A stretch of DNA of 64,000 nucleotides from an uncultured Pseudomonadota bacterium (GTDB taxonomy: Bacteria; Pseudomonadota; Alphaproteobacteria; JACZXZ01), in assembly GCA_963749075.1 (NCBI GenBank), contig CAVVLJ010000021.1, forward strand, positions 64,001-128,000, given 5' to 3'. This document shows positions 17,997 through 31,333 of this stretch, one piece after another; the stretch's first letter is position 1, and the number at the start of each line of letters is the position of its first letter. The notes beneath the pieces were generated by a model. It had not been told where the DNA came from and ran no database searches. It saw only the letters and a program-made list of their open reading frames with translations. The position numbers were made by a program, and so were the translations under genes.

Positions 17997-20687
17997 TCAC
18001 CCCTTCTCCCCCATCCCCTTCAAGCGATAGAGGAGCTCGAGCGCCTCTTTCGGCGTGAGCTCGTCCGGATGCACCTCGGCGAGCGCCTCCTCGGCGGGCG
18101 AGGGCCCGCGCGGGAGGCCCCCTTGCGGGCGCGCGGCGGCGGCGCTGAAGAGGGGGAGGTCGTCGGCGAGGCGGGCGAGCGCGCTTGCCTCCTCGCCTGA
18201 CTCGAGGGTGGCGAGAATCTCCTCGGCGCGGGCGATGACGGCAGCCGGCAGCCCCGCGAGCTTCGCCACGTGGATGCCGTAGGAGCGGTCGGCGGCACCG
18301 GGTGCGACCTCGTGGAGGAAGACCACGTCGCCCTGCCATTCCTTGACGCGCATGGTGTAGCAGGCAAGCGCGGCGAGCTTGGCGGCGAGTGCTGTGAGCT
18401 CGTGGTAGTGCGTGGCAAAAAGGGCGCGGCAGCGGTTCACCTCGTGGAGGTGCTCGAGCGTCGCCCAGGCGATCGAGAGGCCGTCGAAGGTCGCCGTCCC
18501 CCGCCCGATCTCGTCGAGGATGACGAGCGCGCGCTCGCCCGCCTGGTTGAGGATCGCCGCGGTCTCGACCATCTCGACCATGAAGGTCGAGCGCCCGCGC
18601 GCGAGGTCGTCGGCGGCACCCACGCGGCTGAAGAGGCGGTCGACGACGCCGATGTGCGCGCGCTCGGCCGGCACGTAAGCGCCCATTTGCGCCAAGATCG
18701 CAATGAGCGCGTTCTGGCGGAGGAAGGTGCTCTTCCCCGCCATGTTGGGACCGGTCACGAGCCAGAGGCGGCGCTCGGGCGGGAGCGCGCAGTCGTTCGC
18801 CACGAAGGTGCTGTCCTGACGCTCTTGAAGTGCTGCCTCGACGACCGGATGGCGGCCGCCCGCGATCTCGAAGGCGAGGCTCGCGTCGACGAGCGGCCGG
18901 GCGTAGCGCCGCTCGACCGCGAGCGCCGCGAGTGCCGCTGCCACGTCGAGGGCGGCGAGTGCCGCCGCGGTCGCGGCTATGGCCTCGGCGCGGGCGAGGA
19001 CGGTGCTGGCGAGCTCGTCGAAGAGCGAGAGCTCGACGGCGAGCGCCTTGTCGGCGGCGCGCGCGATCTTCTCCTCGAGGCCGGCGAGCTCGGCCGTGGT
19101 GAAGCGCACGGCGCTCGCCATGCTCTGGCGGTGGATGAAGCGCCCGCCGGCGCCCGAGGGCAGCTTGTCGGCGTGCGCCGCCGTGACCTCGACGTAATAG
19201 CCGAGCACGTTGTTGTGGCGGATCTTGAGCGAGGCGACGCCCGTCTCGCCGCGGTAACGCGCCTCGAGGGCCGCCACCAGGCGCCGGCTCTCGTCGCGCA
19301 GCAGGCGCTCCTCGTCGAGTGCCGGATTGTGCCCCGCCGCGATGAAGCCGCCGTCGCGCGCGAGAAGCGGCAGATCGGGCGCCAGCGCGCGGGCGAGAAG
19401 GTCCACGAGCGCCTCGTGGCCGCCGAGCCTGGTGCTGGCCTCCGCGATCCCTGAGGGCGGCTCGACGAGCCCGGGTGCGGAAAGTGCCAGCTCGAGCTCC
19501 GCCGCCTCGCGCAAGCCGTCCCTGAGACCCGCGAGGTCGCGCGGGCCGCCGCGCCCGAGGGCCAAGCGCGAGAGGGCGCGCTCGAGATCGGGGCAGCGCT
19601 TGAGGATGCGGCGCGCGTCCTCGCGGAGGCGCTCGAGGCCGGCGAAGAACTCCACCATGTCGAGGCGTGCGGCGATCGCCGCGGGGTCGGTCAAGGGGGC
19701 GGCCAAGCGCGCGGCGAGGAGGCGGGCGCCGCCGGCGGTGACCGTGCGGTCGATGACCGAGAGGAGGCTGCCGCGGCGCTCGCCTGAGAGCGTCTCGGCG
19801 AGCTCGAGGTTGCGCCGCGTCGCCGGGTCGATCTCCAAGACCGCCCCGGCGCGCACCTGCTGCAGCCGCCCGAGACGCGGCAGCTTGCCCTTCTGGGTGA
19901 GCTCGACATAGTCGAGGAGGGCGCCGGCCGCAGCAAGCTCGGGGCGGGAGAAGCTGCCGAAGCCGTCGAGCACGGTAACGCGGTAATAGGCCTCGAGCCG
20001 GCGCCGCCCGGAATCGCTGTCGAAGCGCGCCTGAGGCTGCGGCGTGAGTTCGGCCCGCCAATCGGCGAGAAGGGCCGCGAGCGCCGGGCGCGCCAAGAGG
20101 CGGTCGGAGAGGACGAGCTCGCCCGGCTCGAGGCGCGCGAGCGTGCTCGCGAGTGCGGGCTCGTCGAGCGCCTGGACCTGGAAATCGCCGGTCGAGAGGT
20201 CGAGCCAGGCGAGTGCCAGGGCGCCCGCCGCTTCGGCCAGGGCCGCCAGGTAATTGTGCCGCCGCGCGTCGAGGAGCGTGTCCTCGGTCAGCGTCCCCGG
20301 CGTCACGATGCGGACCACGCCGCGGCGCACCACCGCCTTGCCGCCGCGCCGCTTGGCCTCGGCCGGGTCCTCCATCTGCTCGCACACGGCGACGCGGAAG
20401 CCCTGGCGGATGAGGCGCGAGAGATAGGCATCTGCCGCATGCACCGGCACGCCGCAGAGGGGCACGTCCTCGCCCTCGTGGCGGCCGCGGCGGGTGAGCG
20501 TGATGTCGAGCGCCTTGGATGCTGCCACCGCGTCCTCGAAGAACATCTCGTAGAAGTCGCCCATGCGGTAGAAGAGAAGGCAGTCCGGATGGGCGCGCTT
20601 GACCTCGAGATATTGCGCCATCATGGGCGTGGCGGGCGCCAATGCGGCAGCCTCGCGCGCGGGCGCGGGCGGAGGGCTCTCGCTCAA
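17997..20687 (-). CDS. mutS: DNA mismatch repair protein MutS
   Basis: [41 protein letters not shown]; start uncertain. Confidence 0.97.
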   Translation of the reverse strand: MSESPPPAPAREAAALAPATPMMAQYLEVKRAHPDCLLFYRMGDFYEMFFEDAVAASKALDITLTRRGRHEGEDVPLCGVPVHAADAYLSRLIRQGFRVAVCEQMEDPAEAKRRGGKAVVRRGVVRIVTPGTLTEDTLLDARRHNYLAALAEAAGALALAWLDLSTGDFQVQALDEPALASTLARLEPGELVLSDRLLARPALAALLADWRAELTPQPQARFDSDSGRRRLEAYYRVTVLDGFGSFSRPELAAAGALLDYVELTQKGKLPRLGRLQQVRAGAVLEIDPATRRNLELAETLSGERRGSLLSVIDRTVTAGGARLLAARLAAPLTDPAAIAARLDMVEFFAGLERLREDARRILKRCPDLERALSRLALGRGGPRDLAGLRDGLREAAELELALSAPGLVEPPSGIAEASTRLGGHEALVDLLARALAPDLPLLARDGGFIAAGHNPALDEERLLRDESRRLVAALEARYRGETGVASLKIRHNNVLGYYVEVTAAHADKLPSGAGGRFIHRQSMASAVRFTTAELAGLEEKIARAADKALAVELSLFDELASTVLARAEAIAATAAALAALDVAAALAALAVERRYARPLVDASLAFEIAGGRHPVVEAALQERQDSTFVANDCALPPERRLWLVTGPNMAGKSTFLRQNALIAILAQMGAYVPAERAHIGVVDRLFSRVGAADDLARGRSTFMVEMVETAAILNQAGERALVILDEIGRGTATFDGLSIAWATLEHLHEVNRCRALFATHYHELTALAAKLAALACYTMRVKEWQGDVVFLHEVAPGAADRSYGIHVAKLAGLPAAVIARAEEILATLESGEEASALARLADDLPLFSAAAARPQGGLPRGPSPAEEALAEVHPDELTPKEALELLYRLKGMGEKG

Positions 20688-20969
20688 GGGCTCGGCAGGG
20701 AACGGCAAGGCTCGCTCGGCTCGCGCGCGACGGTTGCGGGAAGTGGCCAAGGCCGGCGGCACCTTAGCATGGCGCGCGAGCGCCGGGCTACGGCCGCCGC
20801 GAGCGCGCGCCGGAGCGCCGTGCAAGGCGGCCCCGCATTCTTCGTCCTTAACAGCCGTGGCGGCGAGGCGCTATGCTCGGCGAAGCGCGGGGCGGCACGG
20901 CCGCCCCTCGGCCGAGCACCGGCTCTGCGCCCCGGAAAACTCCGCACAAGACGAACGACGGAGATATTT

Positions 20970-23252
<2,283 letters not shown>

Positions 23253-23266
23253 GATAGCCGACTAAG

Positions 23267-23409
23267 CCCCTCTCCCGCTTGCGGGAGAGGGAAGGGGCCC
23301 ATCCCGAAGGGATGGGAAGGGTGAGGGACGGCCCGATGCCGGCGTGGTCCCTCACCCTCCCACGGCCTTACGGCCGCGGGCCCCTCCCTCTCCCGCAAGC
23401 GGTAGAGGG
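23267..23409. repeat. Alphaproteobacterial RIME/REP-like palindromic element
   Basis: cccctctcccgcttgcgggagaggg...gggtgaggg...ccctcaccc...ccctctcccgcaagcgg; half copy near 26467-26492. Confidence 0.8.
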
Positions 23410-23457
23410 ACCTCCCGCCTTGCCACGCGCCCCGCTTTGGCGGAGATTGGCGCTGCC

Positions 23458-24921
23458 ATGGCCGGCGGACCCATCCCCGTGAAGCCGCTCTTAGCGATGA
23501 CGGCGCTCCTAGCCCTGCCGCTCGCCCTCGTCCTTGCGGCGCTCGTGGCGCTCGACCGCCTCGACGCCGCCGCCGCGGCACTCGCCTTCCTCGTCATCGT
23601 GCCGGCAACCGCCTTCCTCATCCGGCCCCACCTCGCGGCCGTCGTGCGCCTCACCGCCTATCTCGACGCCCTCGCCGAGGGCGAGGACCCGGCGCCGCAG
23701 AGCCCGCTGTGGCCGCCGCTCGTGGTGGCGCTCGCCTCTGCGATCGGCCGGCTGCGCCGGCGCACCCAGGCGCGGCGCGACGACATGGCCGCCAGGCTGG
23801 CTGCCCTCGAAGCGGTGCTCGACGGGCTTCCGGACCCCCTCATCATGCTCGACGACCGGCTGCGCGTGGTGCGCGCCAACCGCGCGGCCGAGGAGCTCCT
23901 CGCCGACGAGCCCCAGGGGCGCGAGCTCTCGGCGGTCTTCCGCGTTCCCGCCCTCCTCGAGGCGGCCCAGTCGGCGCTCCGCCGCGGCGCCGGCTCGACC
24001 GCCAGCTTCGAGCTCGCGAGCCCGGTGCGCCGCGCCTTCGTCGGGCGCGTCGAGCGGCTCGCCGGCTTCGCGCGCGACGAGATCTCGCTCATCATGGTGC
24101 TGCACGACCTGACCACCGAGAAGCGCGCCGAGCAGATGCGCGCCGACTTCGTGGCCAACGCCAGCCACGAGCTCAGGACCCCGCTCGCCACTCTCCTCGG
24201 CTTCATCGAGACCCTCCAAGGCCCGGCGAGCCAGGACGCCCGCGCCCGCGGCCGCTTCCTCGCCATCATGCAGCAGCAGGCGAGCCGCATGTCGCGCCTG
24301 GTCGACGACCTCCTCTCGCTCTCCCACATCGAGCTGCGCGAGCACACGGCACCGACCGATGCGATCGACGTCGTCAAGGTGCTGCGCGGGGTGATCGACG
24401 CGCTGCAGCCCCTCGCGCGGGCGCGCGACATGCCGATCGCCCTCGAGCTCAAGGGCGAGGAGCCGCCGAGCGTGCTCGGCCACGGCGACGAGCTCGCCCA
24501 GGTGTTCCAGAACCTCATCGACAACGCCCTCAAATACGGCCGCCGCGGCACCACGGTGCGCGTCACGGTGGCGAGCGCCGAGCGCGCACCCCTGCCGCTC
24601 GGCCGTGCCCCCGCCGCGGGCCTCGTCGCCGTCGCCGTCGCGGACGAGGGCGAGGGCATCGCCAAGGAGCAGATCCCGCGCCTGACCGAGCGCTTCTACC
24701 GGGTGGACGCCGCGCGCTCGCGCGAGCTCGGCGGCACCGGCCTCGGCCTCGCCATCGTGAAGCACATCGTGAGCCATCACCGGGGCGCCTTGCAGATCGA
24801 GAGCGAGCCGGGACAGGGCAGCGTCTTCACGGTCTTCCTCCACGCGGCCGGAGCGGCACCCAGGCCCGAGGAGGACGCCGCGGCATCCTCGTCCAGTCAC
24901 GGAACTGTCACATCACCGTAG
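23458..24921 (+). CDS. phoR: Phosphate regulon sensor kinase PhoR
   Basis: TM, PAS, DFVANASHELRTP, RLTERFYRVD.ARSR..GGTGLGL. Confidence 0.92.
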   Translation: MAGGPIPVKPLLAMTALLALPLALVLAALVALDRLDAAAAALAFLVIVPATAFLIRPHLAAVVRLTAYLDALAEGEDPAPQSPLWPPLVVALASAIGRLRRRTQARRDDMAARLAALEAVLDGLPDPLIMLDDRLRVVRANRAAEELLADEPQGRELSAVFRVPALLEAAQSALRRGAGSTASFELASPVRRAFVGRVERLAGFARDEISLIMVLHDLTTEKRAEQMRADFVANASHELRTPLATLLGFIETLQGPASQDARARGRFLAIMQQQASRMSRLVDDLLSLSHIELREHTAPTDAIDVVKVLRGVIDALQPLARARDMPIALELKGEEPPSVLGHGDELAQVFQNLIDNALKYGRRGTTVRVTVASAERAPLPLGRAPAAGLVAVAVADEGEGIAKEQIPRLTERFYRVDAARSRELGGTGLGLAIVKHIVSHHRGALQIESEPGQGSVFTVFLHAAGAAPRPEEDAAASSSSHGTVTSP

Positions 24922-24922
24922 T
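24894..24922 (+). promoter_or_regulatory. Pho box
   Basis: CAGTCAC-ggaa-CTGTCAC-atca-CCGTAGT at 11-bp period upstream of phoU. Confidence 0.7.
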
Positions 24923-24985
24923 AATTTCATCGCGCACCACGGGTAGGCTGGGAAACGCTGGGGGCGCGCGAGGCAGGAGAACGAG

Positions 24986-25750
24986 ATGGCCGCTGAGCAC
25001 ATCGTCAAGGCCTACGATCAGGAGCTCGACCAGCTCAACAACACGATCGCCCAGATGGGCGGACTCGCGGAGATCCAGCTTGCCAACGCCATCGCCGCGG
25101 TCGTCCAGCGCGACCCCGAGCTCGCCGCCGAGACGGTCGAGGCCGACGTGCGCATCGACGCGCTCGAGCACGAGGTGCAGGACCAGGTGGTGCGCCTCTT
25201 GGCGCTGCGCCAGCCGATGGCGCGGGATCTGCGCAACATCGTGGCGGCGCTCAAGATCTCGAGCGATATCGAGCGCATCGGCGACTACGCGACGAACGTC
25301 GCCAAGCGCGCCATCGTGCTGAGCCAGACCCAGGCGGTGAAGCCCGCCTATGCCGTGCCGCGCATGGGGGCGATCGCGCAGGCGCTCATCAAGGACGTGC
25401 TCGACGCCTTCGCCGAGCGCAACACCGAGAAGGCGATGCGGGTGTGGCGCAGCGACGAGGAGCTCGACGACATGTACTCGGGCCTCTTCCGCGAGCTCCT
25501 CACCTACATGATGGAGGATCCGCGCAACATCACGCCCTCGACGCACCTCCTCTTCATCGCCAAGAACATCGAGCGCATCGGCGACCACGCGACCAACATC
25601 GCGGAGACCGTGCATTTCCTCGTCGAGGGCGGCTCGTTCCGCGAGCACCGCCCCAAGGGCGACAATTCGAGCTTCACCGTGGTGGCGCCGAGCGCCCAGC
25701 GCGCGAGCGAGCGCGGGGCCGAGCCGGGCGAGGGGAAGAGCAACGATTAG
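24986..25750 (+). CDS. phoU: Phosphate signalling protein PhoU
   Basis: RQPMARDLR, DIERIGDYA.N, KNIERIGDHATNIAE. Confidence 0.96.
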   Translation: MAAEHIVKAYDQELDQLNNTIAQMGGLAEIQLANAIAAVVQRDPELAAETVEADVRIDALEHEVQDQVVRLLALRQPMARDLRNIVAALKISSDIERIGDYATNVAKRAIVLSQTQAVKPAYAVPRMGAIAQALIKDVLDAFAERNTEKAMRVWRSDEELDDMYSGLFRELLTYMMEDPRNITPSTHLLFIAKNIERIGDHATNIAETVHFLVEGGSFREHRPKGDNSSFTVVAPSAQRASERGAEPGEGKSND

Positions 25751-25757
25751 CGAGCTC

Positions 25758-26450
25758 ATGAAATTGCACGTCCTGATCGTCGAGGACGAGGCGGCACTCG
25801 TCGAGCTGCTGCGCTACAACTTCGAGCAGGAAGGCTTCCGCGTCTCCGCCGCCGCCGACGGCGAGGAGGCGCTCATCATGGTGGCCGAGGATCCGCCCGA
25901 CATCATCGTGCTCGACTGGATGCTGCCGCTGATGTCCGGGCTCGACGTCTGCCGCCAGCTGAGGAGGCGCCCCGAGACGCGCAACGTTCCCATCATCATG
26001 CTGACCGCCCGGGGCGAGGAGGGCGACCGCATCCGCGGCCTCAACAGCGGGGCGGACGACTACATCACCAAGCCCTTCTCGCCGCGCGAGCTCGTGGCGC
26101 GCGTGCGCGCGGTCCTGCGCCGCGCCCGTCCGGCGCTCGCCGAGGAGCGCTTGAGCTTCGTCGACATCGTCATGGACTTGGCCGCCCACCGGGTGACGCG
26201 CGGCGGCCGCAACGTCCATCTCGGGCCGACCGAGTTCCGCCTGCTGCGCTACCTCCTCGAGCATCCCGGCCGCGTCTTCTCGCGCGAGCAGCTCTTGGAC
26301 GCGGTGTGGGGGAGCGACGTCTACGTCGAGCCGCGCACCGTCGACGTGCACATCCGGCGCCTCCGGCGCGCGCTCAACGGCGAGCGCGATTCCGATCCCA
26401 TCCGCACCGTGCGCTCCGCCGGCTACGCCCTCGACGACGCCCTCGTCTGA
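25758..26450 (+). CDS. phoB: Response regulator PhoB
   Basis: LDWMLP, GADDYITKPFS, GPTEFRLL, RTVDVHIRRLR. Confidence 0.96.
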   Translation: MKLHVLIVEDEAALVELLRYNFEQEGFRVSAAADGEEALIMVAEDPPDIIVLDWMLPLMSGLDVCRQLRRRPETRNVPIIMLTARGEEGDRIRGLNSGADDYITKPFSPRELVARVRAVLRRARPALAEERLSFVDIVMDLAAHRVTRGGRNVHLGPTEFRLLRYLLEHPGRVFSREQLLDAVWGSDVYVEPRTVDVHIRRLRRALNGERDSDPIRTVRSAGYALDDALV

Positions 26451-26604
26451 CGAGACGCCCGCGAATCCCTCTCCTGCTTGCGGGAGACGGGGTTAACATG
26501 CACCAGCGCTTTCTCCGGGGTGACGAGAGAGGCGGTTCCATCCAAACGGGAACCGCTCTAAGCTCCGGCCCCTCGGAAACGCGCAAGCCCCGGGGAGCAG
26601 AGCG

Positions 26605-27708
26605 ATGCCGGAGATGGCCGAGCGGGTGACGGCGGCGATCGAGGACGTCCGTGCCGGGCGCCTCGTCGTGGTGGTCGACGACGACGACCGCGAGAACGAG
26701 GGCGACCTCATCATGGCGGCGGCGCTGGCGACGGCGGAGCAGGTCGCGTTCATGGTGCGCCACACGAGCGGCATCCTCTGCACGCCGCTTGGCGCCGCCG
26801 ACGCCGCGCGCTTGGGCCTGCCCCCCATGGTCGCCGTCAACGAGGGCCTGCAGGGCACCGCCTTCACCGTCTCGGTCGATTTTCGCCACGGCTTGACGAC
26901 GGGGATCTCCGCCGAGGAGCGCTGCAGCACGGTGCGGGCGCTTGCCAACGGCAATACAGGGGCGAGCGACTTCGTGCGGCCCGGGCACGTCTTCCCGCTT
27001 ATCGCGAAGGAGGGCGGCGTGCTCATGCGCTCGGGGCACACCGAGGCGGCGGTCGATCTGGCGCGGCTTGCCGGGTTGGCCCCGGTCGGCCTCTTGGCCG
27101 AGCTCGTCAACGACGACGGCAGCGTCAAGCGCGGCGCCGAGGTGCGAAGCTTCGCCGCCGAGCATCGCCTGACGGTCATCTCGGTCGCCGATCTCATCGC
27201 CTACCGCCAGGCGCGCGAGCGGCTGGTCGAGCGCATCCGCGAGTTTCCCGTGGCGACCGCCATCGGCGAGGCGCGCGGCTACGCCTATCGCACGCCGTTC
27301 GACGAGGTGCAGCACTTGGCCCTCGTCTATGGCGCGCTCGGCGACGGCAGTGCGGTGCCGACGCGCCTTCACCGCGAGGAGATCATGAGCGACGTGTTCG
27401 GCGGCGGCCGCGTGCTGGCCAAGGTCTTCGAGCGCTTCCGCGCCGAGGGCAGGGGCGTGCTCATCTATTTGCGCGACGGCACCGCCGGCGTGCCGGCGGG
27501 CGGCCTAGCCGAGGCGGAGGCAGCGGTGCGCGGGGCGAGCAACAGCGAGGCCGCGCGCGAGCGCCAATGGCGCGAGATCGGGCTCGGCGCCCAGATCCTG
27601 CGCGACCTCGGCGTGCGCTCGATCCGCCTCCTCGCCGTGCGACCGCGCCAATATGTGGCGCTCTCCGGCTTCGGCATCTCGATCGCCGGCACCGAGCTCA
27701 TCGCCTGA
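26605..27708 (+). CDS. ribB: 3,4-dihydroxy-2-butanone-4-phosphate synthase with degenerate GCH-II domain
   Basis: DDDDRENEGD, TGISA.ER, RPGHVFPL, GHTEA; C-terminal domain lacks the zinc cysteines. Confidence 0.92.
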   Translation: MPEMAERVTAAIEDVRAGRLVVVVDDDDRENEGDLIMAAALATAEQVAFMVRHTSGILCTPLGAADAARLGLPPMVAVNEGLQGTAFTVSVDFRHGLTTGISAEERCSTVRALANGNTGASDFVRPGHVFPLIAKEGGVLMRSGHTEAAVDLARLAGLAPVGLLAELVNDDGSVKRGAEVRSFAAEHRLTVISVADLIAYRQARERLVERIREFPVATAIGEARGYAYRTPFDEVQHLALVYGALGDGSAVPTRLHREEIMSDVFGGGRVLAKVFERFRAEGRGVLIYLRDGTAGVPAGGLAEAEAAVRGASNSEAARERQWREIGLGAQILRDLGVRSIRLLAVRPRQYVALSGFGISIAGTELIA

Positions 27709-27710
27709 GA

Positions 27711-28226
27711 TCAGCCTTTACCCTCGACCAGCGTGCGATAGAGGCGCGCCGCCTCGGCGCCGAAGCAGCAGAAGAGAACCCGCTCGGGCCCCGGCGCCTT
27801 GGCGAGCTCGCCCTCGACCGTGGCAAAGGCGATCGCAGCCGCGCGCGCCAGCGGAAAGCCGTAGGCGCCGGTGCTGATCGAGGGGAAGGCGATGCTCGCA
27901 GCGCCGATCTCGCGGGCGCGCGCGAGGGAATTGCGGTAGCAGCTTTCGAGCAGTCGCTCCTCGCCGTGGCCGCCGCCGCGCCACACGGGACCGACCGTGT
28001 GGATCACCCATGCGGCGGGGAGGCGGTAGCCCTTGGTGAGCTTGGCCTCGCCGGTGGGACAGCCGCCGAGAAGCCGGCACTCCTCGCGCAGCTCGGGCCC
28101 GGCCGCGCGGTGGATGGCACCGTCCACCCCGCCGCCGCCGAGCAGGGCGCTGTTCGCGGCATTGACAATGGCATCGACCGCGAGCCGGGTGATGTCGCCT
28201 TCCACGACCTCGAGCGAGTGAGCCAT
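27711..28226 (-). CDS. Macro-domain O-acetyl-ADP-ribose deacetylase
   Basis: [35 protein letters not shown]. Confidence 0.93.
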   Translation of the reverse strand: MAHSLEVVEGDITRLAVDAIVNAANSALLGGGGVDGAIHRAAGPELREECRLLGGCPTGEAKLTKGYRLPAAWVIHTVGPVWRGGGHGEERLLESCYRNSLARAREIGAASIAFPSISTGAYGFPLARAAAIAFATVEGELAKAPGPERVLFCCFGAEAARLYRTLVEGKG

Positions 28227-28228
28227 GG

Positions 28229-29347
28229 CTAAGGCTGGATCGCCTCCTCGGCCGGCTGATAGGCGAGGCCGAGGTCGCGCGCCACGGCCCTGTGGGTGAC
28301 CTTGCCGCGATGCACGTTGAGGCCGGCGAGGAGATGGCGGTTCTCGGCAAGGGCGCGGCGGTAGCCCTTGTCGGCGAGCTCGAGGGTGAACGGGAGGGTC
28401 GCGTTGGTGAGCGCGAAGGTCGAGGTGCGCGCCACGGCGCCCGGCATGTTGGTGACGCAGTAATGCACCACGCCCTCCTCGACGTAGGTCGGTGCCGCGT
28501 GGCTGGTGGGCCGGCTCGTCTCGCAGCAGCCGCCCTGGTCGATCGAGATGTCGACGATGACCGAGCCGCGGCGCATGCGGCGCACCATCTCGCGCGTCAC
28601 CAGCTTGGGCGCCGCCGCCCCCGGCACGAGCACGGCGCCGATCACGAGATCGGCCTGGCTCACGTGCTCCTCGATGGCGGCCATGGTGGCGAACATGGTG
28701 TGCAGCTTGGCGCCGAACTGCAAATCGAGCTCGTAGAGCCGCTTCAAGGACTTGTCGATGACGATGACGTGCGCCTCAAGGCCCATGGCCATGCGCGCCG
28801 CGTTGGTGCCGGAAACGCCGCCGCCGATGATGACGACCTTGGCCGCGGCCACCCCCGGCACGCCGCCCAAGAGCATGCCGGCGCCGCCCTGCTCCTTCTC
28901 GAGGCAGTGGGCGCCGACCTGGATCGACATGCGGCCGGCGACCTCGCTCATGGGGGCGAGGAGCGGGAGGCCGCCCGTCTCGTCGGTCACCGTCTCGTAG
29001 GCGATGGCGGCGACGCCGCTCGCAATGAGGGCCTTGGTCTGCTTGGCGTCGGGCGCCAGGTGCAGATAGGTGAAGAGCACCAGGCCCTCGCGCAGCAGCT
29101 TGTATTCGACGGGCTGCGGCTCCTTCACCTTGACGATGAGCTCGGCCGCGGCGAAGACCTCGGCGGCCGAGCCGAGCACCTTGGCGCCCGCCTTGCGGTA
29201 GGCCTCGTCGTCGAAGCCGATGCCCTGGCCGGCTGCCGTCTCGACCGAGACCTGGTGGCCGCGGTGGACGAGCTCGCGCACGCCCGCCGGCACCAGGCCG
29301 ACGCGGTACTCGTGGGTCTTGATCTCCTTGGGGACGCCTACGTGCAT
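28229..29347 (-). CDS. ald: Alanine dehydrogenase
   Basis: [33 protein letters not shown]. Confidence 0.96.
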   Translation of the reverse strand: MHVGVPKEIKTHEYRVGLVPAGVRELVHRGHQVSVETAAGQGIGFDDEAYRKAGAKVLGSAAEVFAAAELIVKVKEPQPVEYKLLREGLVLFTYLHLAPDAKQTKALIASGVAAIAYETVTDETGGLPLLAPMSEVAGRMSIQVGAHCLEKEQGGAGMLLGGVPGVAAAKVVIIGGGVSGTNAARMAMGLEAHVIVIDKSLKRLYELDLQFGAKLHTMFATMAAIEEHVSQADLVIGAVLVPGAAAPKLVTREMVRRMRRGSVIVDISIDQGGCCETSRPTSHAAPTYVEEGVVHYCVTNMPGAVARTSTFALTNATLPFTLELADKGYRRALAENRHLLAGLNVHRGKVTHRAVARDLGLAYQPAEEAIQP

Positions 29348-29382
29348 GGAGCGTTTCCTCGCCTTTGCCGGAGTATGGCGCG

Positions 29383-30690
29383 TCAGGGGCGGGAGTGCCA
29401 AGCCTCGGCCGCAGGAGGTGCCGCGCGCTCGCGCAGCATGAGCCAGACGAGCGCCACCAGCCCGGGCACGCCGAGGAACGCTGAGGCGGCGAAGAAGGCG
29501 ATCCAGCCGAGCTGCTCGGCCAAGATGCCGCTCAAGGAGGAGATGAGGGTGCGCCCGACGGTCGCGAGGGAGGAGAGGAGCGCGTATTGCGTCGCCGTGT
29601 AGCCGCGCGAGCAGAGCCCGGAGAGATAGGCCACGAGTGCTGCCGAGCCCATGCCGCCGGTCACGTTCTCGGCCGCTATGGTGAGCGCGAGCATGGCGAT
29701 GTCGTGGCCGGCCCAGGCCTGGAGCGCATACATGAGGTTCGAGGCGGCTTGGGCTATGCCGCAGATGAGGAGGCTCGGGAACATGCCCAGGCGCGTCACC
29801 ATGAGGCCGCCCAGGAAGGCGCCGATGAGGGTGGCGAAGAAGCCGAAGACCTTGGAGACGCTGGCGATCTCGGAGAGCGAGAAGCCGAGGCCGATGTAGA
29901 GCGGGTTGGCCATGACGCCGGCCACCGCGTCGCCGAGCTTGTAGAGGAGGATGAAGAGGAGGATGGCGAGCCAGTGAGGCCGCCGCATGAAGTCGGCGAA
30001 GGGGGCGACCACGTGGTCGCGCGCCCAGGCCGCAACGGGCGGCGCGCCGCCTCGCCCCGGGGCTTGCGCGCGCGCTCCCGCCGCCGGCTCCGGATTGGCG
30101 AGGATCGTCGCCATGCCGATCGAGATGAGGAGCGCCATCACGTAATAGGCCGCATGCCAGCCGAAGGCGTCGGCGAGATAGAGGGCGCCGGCGCCGGCGA
30201 TCAAGAGGCCCAGGCGGTAGCCGGTCTGGATCATGGCGGCACCGGGGCCCTGCTCCTCGGGCGTCAGGATCTCGACGCGGTAGGCGTCGATCACGATGTC
30301 CTGGCTCGCCGAGAGGAAGGCGACGAGGAGGGCCAGGGCGGCTGTGGCGAGCGGCTGCTCGTTCGGCGTCAGGCTGCCGAGGGCTGTGATCGCGGCGATC
30401 AGGAGGAGCTGCACGAAGATCGCCCAGCCGCGGCGCTGCCCCAAGCGGCCGAAGAGCGGCAGCGGCAGCCCGTCAATCAAGGGCGACCACAGGAACTTCA
30501 AGGAATAGGGCAGCCCCACCGCGGCGAAGAGCCCGATCGAGGCCTTGGAGACGCCCTCCGTGGCGAGCCACGCGCTGAGCGTCGAGAAGGTGAGGAGCAG
30601 CGGCAGCCCGCTCGAGATGCCGAGGAGGAGGATGGCGAGCACCCGGCGGTCGCTGTAGACACGGAGGGCTTGGAGCCAGCTCTTCGGCAC
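29383..30690 (-). CDS. ampG: AmpG muropeptide MFS permease
   Basis: SSGLP, KFLWSP, SASQDIVIDAYR, TATQYALLSS. Confidence 0.93.
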   Translation of the reverse strand: MPKSWLQALRVYSDRRVLAILLLGISSGLPLLLTFSTLSAWLATEGVSKASIGLFAAVGLPYSLKFLWSPLIDGLPLPLFGRLGQRRGWAIFVQLLLIAAITALGSLTPNEQPLATAALALLVAFLSASQDIVIDAYRVEILTPEEQGPGAAMIQTGYRLGLLIAGAGALYLADAFGWHAAYYVMALLISIGMATILANPEPAAGARAQAPGRGGAPPVAAWARDHVVAPFADFMRRPHWLAILLFILLYKLGDAVAGVMANPLYIGLGFSLSEIASVSKVFGFFATLIGAFLGGLMVTRLGMFPSLLICGIAQAASNLMYALQAWAGHDIAMLALTIAAENVTGGMGSAALVAYLSGLCSRGYTATQYALLSSLATVGRTLISSLSGILAEQLGWIAFFAASAFLGVPGLVALVWLMLRERAAPPAAEAWHSRP

Positions 30691-30841
30691 GGAAGGCCTC
30701 TCTCGGGTGGGCCGCAAGCGATCTTAGGGCAGGGCGGCGGGCACGTGCTAGCGGGCTTTGGCAGCGTCGAGGCGGAAGGATTCCCCTGCGTTTCTACAGA
30801 TGATAGTGTGCTGCGCGCCGGGCCTTCCAAAGCCAACCACC

Positions 30842-31318
30842 ATGACCGGCGGGCCAACCGAGGAGCACCCCAAAACCATGCTGCGCCGCGGCGGTTGCCA
30901 GTGCGGCGCTGTCCGCTACGAGATCTCGGCGCCGCCGACCGTGGTCTATGCCTGCCATTGCCTGGAGTGCCAGAGGCAGTCGGGAAGCGCCTTCGCCATG
31001 GCCATGGTCGTCCCGGCAAAGGGCTTCCGGCTGCTGCAAGGCCAGCCGAAATCCTTCGCGCGGACCGGCGAGAGCGGGCGCACCATGCTGTGCTGGTTCT
31101 GTCCCGACTGCGGGACGCGGCTCTACCATTCGCCCGCCAAGCTTGCAGAGAACGTCAACGTCAAGCCCGGCACGCTGGACGACACCGCATGGCTGCGGCC
31201 GAGCGTGCATGTCTGGACGCGGAGCGCGCAGCCCTGGGTCCGCATCCCGAGCGACGCTATCCGGCACGACACCCAGCCGCAAGATCGCAGCTGGCTGCTC
31301 CCTCCGGAACGGCGCTGA
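30842..31318 (+). CDS. GFA (CENP-V) family protein
   Basis: GGCQCGAVRY, CHC.ECQR.SG, FCPDCGT. Confidence 0.88.
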   Translation: MTGGPTEEHPKTMLRRGGCQCGAVRYEISAPPTVVYACHCLECQRQSGSAFAMAMVVPAKGFRLLQGQPKSFARTGESGRTMLCWFCPDCGTRLYHSPAKLAENVNVKPGTLDDTAWLRPSVHVWTRSAQPWVRIPSDAIRHDTQPQDRSWLLPPERR

Positions 31319-31333
31319 GAGGAGGGGTCGATT

